Part shown: piece after piece, positions 54,245-64,000 of the stretch
How the letters are laid out: the number at the start of each line of letters is the position of its first letter
Numbering within the stretch: position 1 is the stretch's first letter
Source of the DNA: Pristiophorus japonicus
Lineage: Eukaryota
Length of the DNA stretch: 64,000 nucleotides
Direction of reading: 5' to 3'
Assembly: GCF_044704955.1 (NCBI RefSeq)
Contig: NC_091977.1
Coordinates: forward strand, 542,376,001 to 542,440,000
The notes under the pieces: model-generated
Seen by the model: only the letters and a program-made list of their open reading frames with translations
Told to the model about the DNA's origin: nothing
Database searches by the model: none
Program-made: the position numbers and the translations under genes

Positions 54245-55441
54245 GGGTTAGCATCTAAACATTGAAGGGGGAGCGGGAGGGGTTCCAGGGCAGAAACCTG
54301 GAGGGCGAGGGACAGAGATGAATCAAATACCCTGGCCAACAGGCGGCTTAACTTGGAGCCAAGTCAGCTCTGGTGAAGCAGTCAGTCTTTGCAGTGCGAG
54401 CCTCAAGTGTCTTGGCAGTGGGACAATTTGGTTCTTGGGTCCTCACACAAACTTTAAACACCGTACTCTTGTGTTGCAGCAAGGTTCAATCAAACCCCGT
54501 GCCACAGCAAGACCAGAATATCTCCCTGGAAACACAAAGAAATCTACAGCATTCAGCCCATCGTGTCTGTGCCGGCCAAGAGCTACCCAGCCCAATCCCA
54601 CTTTCCAGCTCTGGGTCCGTAGCCCTGTAGGTTACGGCACTTCAAGTGAACATCCAGGTACTTTAATACAATGAGGGTCCCTGCCTCTACCACCCTTTTA
54701 CGCAGCAAGTTCCAGACCCCCCCCCCCGCCTCTGGGTGAAAAAGGGTCTCCTCAAATCCTTCTACTAATGACTTTAAATCTATGCCCCCTGGTTATTGAC
54801 CTCTCTGCTCAGGGAAATAGGTCCTTCCTATCCACTCTATCCAGGCCCCTCATAATTTTATACACCTCAATCAGGTCTCCCCTCAGCCTCCTCTGTTCCA
54901 AAGAAAACAACCCCAGCCTATCCAATCTTTCCTCATCGCTAAAATTCTCCAGTCCAGGCAACATCCTCGTAAACCTCCTCTGCACCCTCTCTCGTACAAT
55001 CACATCTTTCTCAAACACGCCTTACATTTGTGAACAGACCAATTAGAATCAGCGCCCATCACCCAATGGGGCAACTAAAGATGGCCAGGGGGAGTCAGCC
55101 ACTGCACTCGCGTCTTCCCCACCCCCCCCTCACCCAACTCCCTCACCCAGCAACCCCCCTGCCCTCACCCAACCCCACATCCCTCACCCCACCCACCCTC
55201 AAACCAAACCACATACACAACCCCCCCCCCCCGACCATCACAGCACTCCCTCCCACCCCAGTGAACCTGCTGAATCCTGACAGAAGGTACATCCAGACAG
55301 GAAAGCTCAATGCCAGCCCCTCAAAGCAACATAAAGCCTGCACGCAAATCGTGAGGGAAGGGGCTATTCCTGAACAAAATCTTTTCCCTCTCTCTCCCTA
55401 CACTAAACTAGTACGCACACAACCAAAGACCCCCCCCCTCA

Positions 55442-55747
<306 letters not shown>

Positions 55748-55905
55748 TTAATATAGAGACACAAGGACACAGAGCCCAACCACACAACACATTGTAGACC
55801 AACCCTTCAGCAAGTTAAAGCCAGTCCCACTACCTTGTGACAGAGAATGTAACTCCAACTCCTGGTCCCAGACCCCACACAATACTTCCCCTCTTCCAAC
55901 CCCCT

Positions 55906-56046
55906 TCACTTATAGAGCACTAGGCCCCACCCACATTCCCAGCACATGAGTCAGCCAACCAATCAGACACAGGGGGAGGGGCCAACACCAGCCACTGAGC
56001 TCAGGGGGTGGAGCTCAGCCCAATCACAGGGAGAGAACCCAATCAT
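55906..56046 (-). promoter_or_regulatory. Actin C promoter
   Basis: TATA 55909-55915, AP-1 55947-55953, CCAAT at 55959, 56020 and 56039. Confidence 0.75.
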
Positions 56047-56471
56047 TTCATTTATTGCCAACTTCCACCTGCCTTCCTCTCTCCCCCCCCCCCCCACCTT
56101 GCCCAAGCCCCAATGAAGTGCGGCCTCACGCGAGGAGCGCCCCAGGAGAGGGTAGGTGGGCGGTTTGCACTCGGTACCGACAAAAGTTTGGCTCGAGGGC
56201 TGACTTTTTCTTGCCATTATCCAGACTTTCAAACAGAAACATTTTTGTCCTTTTGTGAGTTATTTCCAGGATGAATTAGTATTCGCCGTTGGGATTTGAC
56301 CGTGTAATGGCCGAAATCTCCTCTCCCCAATTCCCCGTTAGGTGGTGTCTCGGGCTCGGAACCGTTCCCCTCGATACAGGCACCTTCCTGCCTTGCACAG
56401 AGCACCAACAAGGAACAACTTGTATTTAAATAGTGCCTTTAATGTAGTTAAACCTCACATGGCCCTTCACA

Positions 56472-57486
56472 GGAGCACCGCACTGTCGGAGGGGCAGTAC
56501 TGAGGGAGCACCGCACTGTCGGAGGGGCAGTACTGAGGGAGCACCGCACTGTCAGAGGGGCAGTACTGAGGGAGCACCGCACTGTCAGAGGGGCAGTACT
56601 GAGGGAGTACCGCACTGTCGGAGGGGCAGTACTGAGGGAGTGCCGCACTGTCAGAGGGGCAGTACTGAGGGAGTACCTCACTGTCAGAGGGGCAGTACTG
56701 AGGGAGTGCCGCACTGTCGGAGGGGCAGTACTGAGGGAGTGCCGCACTGTCAGAGGGGCAGTACTGAGGGAGTACCTCACTGTCAGAGGGGCAGTACTGA
56801 GGGAGTGCCGCACTGTCGGAGGGGCAGTACTGAGGGAGTGCCGCACTGTCAGAGGGGCAGTACTGAGGGAGTACCGCACTGTCGGAGGGGCAGTACTGAG
56901 GGAGTGCCGCACTGTCAGAGGGGCAGTACTGAGGGAGTACCGCACTGTCGGAGGGGCAGTACTGAGGGAGCACCGCACTGTCGGAGGGGCAGTACTGAGG
57001 GAGTACCGCACTGTCGGAGGGGTAGTACTGAGGGAGCGCCGCACTGTCGGAGGGGCAGTACTGAGGGAGTGCCGCACTGTCGGAGGGGCAGTACTGAGGG
57101 AGCGCCGCACTGTCGGAGGGGCAGTACTGAGGGAGCACCGTACTGTCGGAGGGGCAGTACTGAGGGAGCGCCGCACTGTCGGAGGGGCAGTACTGAGGGA
57201 GTGCCGCACTGTCGGAGGGGCAGTACTGAGGGAGTGCCGCACTGTCGGAGAGGCAGTACTGAGGGAGTGCCGCACTGTCGGAGGGGCAGTACTGAGGGAG
57301 TGCCGCACTGTCGGAGGGGCAGTACTGAGGGAGCGCCGCACTGTCGGAGAGGCAGGACTGAGGGAGTGCCGCACTGTCGGAGGGGCAGTACTGAGGGTGC
57401 ACTGCACTGTCGGAGGGGCAGTACTGAGGGAGTGCCGCATTGTCGGAGGGGCAGTACTGAGGGAGCGTTGCACTTTTGGAGGGACA
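56472..57486 (+). repeat. 33-bp minisatellite, about 31 units, upstream of actin C
   Basis: Direct inspection. Confidence 0.97.
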
Positions 57487-57532
57487 CTTTGATTAAGCAG
57501 GACCGGGTGTCTTAACCTGGAGCCAATGTAAG

Positions 57533-57760
57533 TCAGTGAGCACAGGGGGTGATGGGTGAGTGGGACTGGGTGTGAGTTAGGACACGGGGCAGTGAGCACA
57601 GGGGGTGATGGGTGAGTGGGACTGGGTGTGAGTTAGGACACGGGGCAGTGAGCACAGGGGGTGATGGGTGAGTGGGACTGGGTGTGAGTTAGGACACGGG
57701 GCAGCGAGCACAGGGGGTGATGGGTGAACGGGACTCGGTGTGAGTTAGGACACGGGGCAG
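57533..57760 (-). repeat. 56-bp L2-derived minisatellite, about 4 units, within an L2 fragment (57490-57832)
   Basis: Reverse complement of the 26545-26980 unit. Confidence 0.92.
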
Positions 57761-57831
57761 CCAAGTTTTGGATCACCTCTAGTTTACGTTGGGTAGAATG
57801 TGGGAGGCCAGCCAGGAGTGCGTTGGAATAG

Positions 57832-58570
57832 TTGAAGAGATCACATCTCAAACAGATCCATTGGCAGGCTGCCAGTAACATGGGGAAGCAACATTGCAGA
57901 AATCGTTTATTGCCCGAGTCTCAAAGGCACCTCGAGTGGAAGGTCGGAGATGAAGCAATGGTCAGAAACTTCTCCAGGGTAGGGATATTTGAAGCGCTAT
58001 ACATGGGACTGTACAGTATCATGGATGAGGGAAATCCGATGGTATATGCGGTCAAATTGCCTCGATGCACTAAGTGCTTTCACATAAATCAGTGCAAGCT
58101 TTTCAACCCTGGGGAAAGAGCGGATAAGAGCAAGAAACAGCAGGGGGTGGTGAGCTGCGCTACAGGTGTGGATTATCTGGGACTGTGAGGAGCCCACAGA
58201 GGGACCAGCTGCTCTGCCTGTCAGGGCAGGAGTGAGGAGGACTGCCAGGATCCCACGGCCCAGGGCGCCGTGGACACCTCCTTACACACCGGTGAACGAA
58301 GGGAGCCGGAGTCCTGAGGCCCAGGGTCAAGGAGACCGAGTGTGGCCACCCAGAGATGGTTGGCACTGCCCATAACTTCTTTCTCTCCTATCTGTTGCCT
58401 CAGCTTGTCTGTATATTCCGGTTACCAAAGTAGCTGTGTCTGGAAAAGTGGGGCATCACCCAAGGACAACGTTGTCTTCTGTGTGTTTTCAGGGAACGCC
58501 AAGGACAAGATGAAGTCAGTCATAATAATCCTGATCGTCATGATTAAAGCCAGCACGAGTCGCAGGGGCG
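57832..58570 (+). mobile_element. LTR-retroelement/ERV-like fragment: integrase C-terminus, then a possible env start
   Basis: WKVGDEAMVRNF..YMGLYSI..VYAVKLP..FHINQCK resembles the GPY/F module; acceptor TTTTCAG at 58492; MKSVIIILIVMIKAS. Confidence 0.5.
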
Positions 58571-58865
58571 TCCTAAGTGGCCTACCCCTTATCCTTAGAC
58601 TGTGTTCCCTGGGTCTGGACTGCCCCAACATCGGGAACATTCTACCCGCATCCAACCTGTCCCGTCCCGTCAGAATCTTATATGTTTCGATGAGATCCCC
58701 TCTCATCCTTCTAAACTCCAGTGTATAAAGGCCCAGTTGATCCAGTCTCTCCTCATATGTCAGTCCAGCCATCCTGGGAATCAGTCTGGTGAACCTTCGC
58801 TGCACTCCCTCAATAGCAAGAACGTCCTTCCTCAGATTAGGAGACCAAAACTGTACACAATATTC
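58570..58865 (-). mobile_element. CR1 fragment (host of the full-length CR1, left part)
   Basis: Continues seamlessly at 63387. Confidence 0.88.
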
Positions 58866-59182
58866 GAGGAGGTGGGAGCTCGGAGCAGCGTGAGTCCGGG
58901 GTCGGCGAGAGGCCTATAAAGGCCAGCGGGAGTCGAGCAGTTCGAGCAGTCAGTCGAGGAGGCGGGAGCTCGGAGCAGCGTGAGTCCGGGGTCGGCGAGA
59001 GGCCTATAAAGGCCAGCGGGAGTCGGGCAGTTCGAGCAGTCAGTCGAGGAGGCGGGAGCTCGGAGCAGCGCGAGTCCGGGGTCGGCGAGAGGCCTATAAA
59101 GGCCAGCGGGATTCGGGCAGTTCGAGCAGTCAGTCGAGGAGGTGGGAGCTCGGAGCAGCGTGAGTCCGGGGTCGGCGAGAGG
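58864..59182 (+). repeat. 90-bp tandem repeat (about 3.5 units) in the CR1 5'UTR
   Basis: Units start at 58864, 58954, 59044 and 59134; CpG-rich; each complete unit has CCTATAAAGG. Confidence 0.93.
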
Positions 59183-59350
59183 CGTACCGGTGCAGCTACA
59201 GGGAGAAGGCAAAGATACAAAGGTGACGTCACAGCCTAGGGGGTAAGTGATTGGCTGGTGATTGGTGAGTAGTTTTTCTTTTTCTTCTTATATTGGTCAG
59301 TAACTTTTAACATTGTTATTACCAGTTTAAGTGTATCTAAGGGTTAAGAC

Positions 59351-60298
59351 ATGGCAGGAGAGCTCGGTCGGGTGTTATGCTCCTCCTGTACCATGTGGGA
59401 ACTCAGGGACGCTTCCGGTGTCCCTGACGACTATGTGTGCGGGAAGTGTATCCGCCTCCAGCTCCTGACGGTCCGCGTTACGGAATTGGAGCTGAGGGTG
59501 GATTTACTCTGGAGCATCCACGATGCTGAGAATGACGTGAGTATCACGTGTAGTGAGTTGGTCTTACCGCAGGGAAAGGGTCCACAGCCAGATAGGGAAT
59601 TGAAGACTAGCAGGAAGAGTAGAGCAAGGAAGGTAGTGCAGGGGTCCCCTGTGGTCAACCCCCTGCAAAACAGATACACCGCTTTGAGTACTGTTGGGGA
59701 GGATGACTCATCAGGGGAGGGCAGCAGCAGCCAAGTTCATGGCACCGTGGCTGGCTCTGCTGCACAGGAGGGCAAGAAAAAGAGTGGGAGAGCGATAGTG
59801 ATAGGGGATTCAATTGTGAGGGGAATAGATAGGCGTTTCTGCGGCTGCAACCGAGACTCCAGGATGGTATGTTGCCTCCCTGGTGCAAGGGTCAAGGATG
59901 TCTCGGAGCGGGTGCAGGACATTCTGAAATGGGAGGGAGAACAGCCAGTTGTCGTGGTGCACATTGGTACCAACGACATAGGCAAAAAAAGGGATGAGGT
60001 CCTACGAAACGAATTTAAGGAGCTAGGAGCTAAATTAAAAAGTAGGACCTCAAAAGTAGTAATCTCGGGATTGCTACCAGTGCCACGTGCTAGTCAGAGT
60101 AGGAATCGCAGGATAGCGCAGATGAATACGTGGCTTGAGCAGTGGTGCAGCAGGGAGGGATTCAAATTCCTGGGGCATTGGGACCGGTTCTGGGGGAGGT
60201 GGGACCAGTACAAACCGGACGGTCTGCACCTCGGCAGGACTGGAACCAATGTCCGAGGGGGAGTGTTTGCTAGTGCTGTTGGGGAGGATTTAAACTAA
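59351..60298 (+). CDS. CR1 ORF1p (zinc finger/leucine zipper + SGNH esterase)
   Basis: CxxC..CxxC, heptad leucines, and GDS / GTND / DGLH motifs. Confidence 0.93.
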   Translation: MAGELGRVLCSSCTMWELRDASGVPDDYVCGKCIRLQLLTVRVTELELRVDLLWSIHDAENDVSITCSELVLPQGKGPQPDRELKTSRKSRARKVVQGSPVVNPLQNRYTALSTVGEDDSSGEGSSSQVHGTVAGSAAQEGKKKSGRAIVIGDSIVRGIDRRFCGCNRDSRMVCCLPGARVKDVSERVQDILKWEGEQPVVVVHIGTNDIGKKRDEVLRNEFKELGAKLKSRTSKVVISGLLPVPRASQSRNRRIAQMNTWLEQWCSREGFKFLGHWDRFWGRWDQYKPDGLHLGRTGTNVRGGVFASAVGEDLN

Positions 60299-60375
60299 TA
60301 TGGCAGGGGGATGGGAACCAATGCAGGGAGACAGAGGGAAACAAAAAGGAGACAAAAGCAAAAGACAGAAAGGAG

Positions 60376-63281
60376 ATGAGGAAAAGTGGAGGGCAGAGAA
60401 ACCCAAGGCAAATAACAAAAAGGGCCACTGTACAGCAAAATTCTAAAAGGACAAAGGGTGTTAATAAAACAAGCCTGAAGGCTTTGTGTCTTAATGCAAG
60501 GAGCATCCGCAATAAGGTGGATGAATTAATTGTGCAAATAGATGTTAACAAATATGATGTGATTGGGATTACGGAGACGTGGCTCCAGGATGATCAGGGC
60601 TGGGAACTCAACATTCAGGGGTATTCAACATTCAGGAAGGATAGAATAAAAGGAAAAGGAGGTGGGGTAGCATTGCTGGTTAAAGAGGAGATTAATGCAA
60701 TAGTTAGGAAAGACATTAGCTTGGATGATGTGGAATCTATATGGGTAGAGCTGCAGAACACCAAAGGGCAAAAAACGTTAGTAGGAGTTGTGTACAGACC
60801 TCCAAACAGTAATAGGGATGTTGGGGAGGGCATCAAACAGGAAATTAGGGGTGCATGCAATAAAGGTGTAGCAGTTATAATGGGTGACTTTAATATGCAC
60901 ATAGATTGGGCTAGCCAAACTGGAAGCAATACGGTGGAGGAGGATTTCCTGGAGTGCATAAGGGATGGTTTTCTAGACCAATATGTTGAGGAACCAACTA
61001 GGGGGGAGGCCATCTTAGACTGGGTGTTGTGTAATGAGAGAGGATTAATTAGCAATCTCATTGTGCGAGGCCCCTTGGGGAAGAGTGACCATAATATGGT
61101 GGAATTCTGCATTAGGATGGAGAATGAAACAGTAATTTCAGAGACCATGGTCCAGAACTTAAAGAAGGGTAACTTTGAAGGTATGAGGCGTGAATTGGCT
61201 AGGATAGATTGGCGAATGATACTTAGGGGGTTGACTGTGGATGGGCAATGGCAGACATTTAGAGACCGCATGGATGAAGTACAACAATTGTACATTCCTG
61301 TCTGGCGTAAAAATAAAAAGGGGAAGGTGGCTCAACCGTGGCTATCTAGGGAAATCAGGGATAGTATTAAAGCCAAGGAAGTGGCATACAAATTGGCCAG
61401 AAATAGCAGCGAACCTGGGGACTGGGAGAAATTTAGAACTCAGCAGAGGAGGACAAAGGGTTTGATTAGGGCAGGGAAAATGGAGTACGAGAAGAAACTT
61501 GCAGGGAACATTAAGGCGGATTGCAAAAGTTTCTATAGGTATGTAAAGAGAAAAAGGTTGGTGAAGACAAACGTAGGTCCCCTGCAGTCAGAATCAGGGG
61601 AAGTCATAACGGGGAACAAAGAAATGGCAGACCAATTGAACAAGTACTTTGGTTCGGTATTCACTAAGGAGGATACAAACAACCTTCCGGATATAAAAGG
61701 GGTCAGAGGGTCTAGTAAGGAGGGGGAACTGAGGGAAATCTTTATTAGTCGGGAAATTGTGTTGGGGAAATTGATGGGATTGAAAGCCGATAAATCCCCA
61801 GGGCCTGATGGACTGCATCCTCGAGTACTTAAGGAGGTGGCCTTGGAAATAGCGGATGCATTGACAGTCATTTTCCAACATTCCATTGACTCTGGATCAG
61901 TTCCTATGGAGTGGAGGGTAGCCAATGTAACCCCACTTTTTAAAAAAGGAGGGAGAGAGAAAACAGGGAATTATAGACCGGTCAGCCTGACCTCAGTAGT
62001 GGGTAAAATGATGGAATCAATTATTAAGGATGTCATAGCAGTGCATCTGGAAAATGGTGACATGATAGGTCCAAGTCAGCATGGATTTGTGAAAGGGAAA
62101 TCATGCTTGACAAATCTTCTGGAATTTTTTGAGGATGTTTCCAGTAAAGTGGACAAAGGAGAACCAGTTGATGTGGTATATTTGGACTTTCAGAAGGCTT
62201 TCGACAAGGTCCCACACAAGAGATTAATGTGCAAAGTTAAAGCACATGGGATTGGGGGTAGTGTGCTGACGTGGATTGAGAACTGGTTGTCAGACAGGAA
62301 GCAAAGAGTAGGAGTAAACGGGTACTTTTCAGAATGGCAGGCAGTGACTAGTGGAGTGCCGCAAGGTTCTGTGCTGGGGCCCCAGCTGTTTACATTGTAC
62401 ATTAATGATTTAGACGAGGGGATTAAATGCAGTATCTCCAAATTTGCGGATGATACTAAGTTGGGTGGCAGTGTGAGCTGCGAGGAGGATGCTATGAGGC
62501 TGCAGAGTGACTTGGATAGGTTAGGTGAGTGGGCAAATGCATGGCAGATGAAGTATAATGTGGATAAATGTGAAATTATCCACTTTGGTGGTAAAAACAG
62601 AGAGACAGACTATTATCTGAATGGTGACAGATTAGGAAAAGGGAAGGTGCAACGAGACCTGGGTGTCATGGTACATCAGTCATTGAAGGTTGGCATGCAG
62701 GTACAGCAGGCGGTTAAGAAAGCAAATGGCATGTTGGCCTTCATAGCGAGGGGATTTGAATACAGGGGCAGGGAGGTGTTGCTACAGTTGTACAGGGCCT
62801 TGGTGAGGCCACACCTGGAGTATTGTGTACAGTTTTGGTCTCCTAACTTGAGGAAGGACATTCTTGCTATTGAGGGAGTGCAGCGAAGGTTCACCAGACT
62901 GATTCCCGGGATGGCGGGACTGACCTATCAAGAAAGATTGGATCAACTGGGCTTGTATTCACTGGAGTTCAGAGAATGAGAGGGGACCTCATAGAAACGT
63001 TTAAAATTCTGACGGGTTTAGACAGGTTAGATGCAGAAAGATTGTTCCCAATGTTGGGGAAGTCCAGAACCAGGGGTCACAGTCTGAGGATAAGGGGTAA
63101 GCCATTTAGGACCGAGATGAGGAGAAACTTCTTCACCCAGAGAGTGGTGAACCTGTGGAATTCTCTACCACAGAAAGTAGTTGAGGCCAATTCACTAAAT
63201 ATATTCAAAAGGGAGTTAGATGAAGTCCTTACTACTCGGGGGATCAAGGGTTATGGCGAGAAAGCAGGAAGATGGTACTGA
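60376..63281 (+). CDS. CR1 ORF2p (APE endonuclease + RT) with one 1-bp deletion frameshift at about 62973
   Basis: NARS..ITETW..YRPP..GDFN..SDH endonuclease motifs and QHGF..VPQGSVLGP..FADD RT motifs. TTCAGAGAATG vs TTCAGAAGAATG in sibling copies. Confidence 0.93.
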
Positions 63282-63386
63282 AGTTTCATGTTCAGCCATG
63301 AACTCATTGAATGGCGGTGCAGGCTAGAAGGGCTGAATGGCCTGCTCCTGCACCTATTTTCTATGTTTCTATGTTTCTATGTTTCC

Positions 63387-64000
63387 AGGTGTGGCCTCAC
63401 CAAGGCCCTGTACAATTGCAGTAAGACCTCCCTGCTCCTATACTCAAATCCCCTAGCTATGAAGGCCAATATACCATTTGCCTTCTTCACCGCCTGCTGT
63501 ACCTGCATGCCAACTTTCAATGACTGATGTACCATGACACTCAGGTCTCGTTGCACCTCCCCTTCTCCTAATCTGCCGCCATTCAGATAATATTCTGCCT
63601 TTGTGTTTTTGCCCCCAAAGTGGATAACCTCACATTTATCCACATTATAATACATCTGCCATGCATTTGCCCACTCACCTAACCTGTCCAAGTCACCCTG
63701 CAGCCTCTTAGCGTCCCCCTCACAGCTCACACCACCACCCAGCTTAGTATCATCTGCAAACTTGGAGATATTACACTCAATTCCTTCATCCAAATCATTA
63801 ATGTATATTGTAAATAGCTGGGGTCCCAGCACTGAGCCCTGCGGCATTCCACTAGTCACTGTCTCCCATTCTGAAAAGGACCCGTTTATCCCGACTCTCC
63901 GCTTTCTGTCTGCCAACCAGTTCTCTACCCACGTCAGTCCATTACTCCCAATACCATGTGCTTTGATTTTGCACACCAATCTCTTGTGCGGGACCGTGTC
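63387..64000 (-). mobile_element. CR1 RT fragment (host, right part), runs off the window
   Basis: 200-aa RT fragment. Confidence 0.92.

Larger units (their letters stand above)
58864..63386 (+). mobile_element. Full-length young CR1 LINE
   Basis: Tandem-repeat 5'UTR, ORF1, ORF2, 3'UTR and (TTTCTATG)n tail. Confidence 0.96.

Noticed and set aside
56448-57599. Long 11-aa-repeat ORFs (PSDSAALPQYC, STAPPTVRHSL, HCRRGSTEG) as proteins
   Set aside because: They are open in several frames simply because the 33-bp unit lacks stops; there is no gene structure and the length varies among paralogs
58832-59232. Antisense repeat ORFs over the CR1 5'UTR
   Set aside because: A by-product of a GC-rich 90-bp tandem repeat

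Overview
Vertebrate nuclear DNA, very probably from a cartilaginous fish (inferred from a SacSINE1/Deu-type SINE, dense CR1/L2/RTE LINEs and short-LTR Gypsy elements). There are no prokaryotic features. The window holds an amplified cluster of divergent cytoplasmic-type actin genes. Three copies are intact, each 376 aa with N-terminus [11 protein letters not shown]: A (+, 17120-19688), B (-, 30798-36212) and C (-, 51340-55696). Each has only a short 5'UTR intron and the codon 41/42 intron. A fourth copy, D (-, 47292-47792), is truncated and fused in frame to a Gypsy reverse-transcriptase fragment. A and B lie tail-to-tail in a large inverted duplication (about 8.44-20.6 kb vs 29.87-45.43 kb) that runs into a 200-N gap. 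Each intact promoter has three inverted CCAAT boxes, an AP-1 site and a TATA box but no CArG box, and is preceded by a SINE-derived 33-bp VNTR of about 10, 26 or 31 units. The rest is retroelements: several Gypsy LTR elements whose LTRs carry CTCF-like motifs, a near-intact full-length CR1, a twin-primed RTE LINE and a possible env-bearing retroviral fragment. All comparisons were made by eye, and repeat boundaries are approximate.
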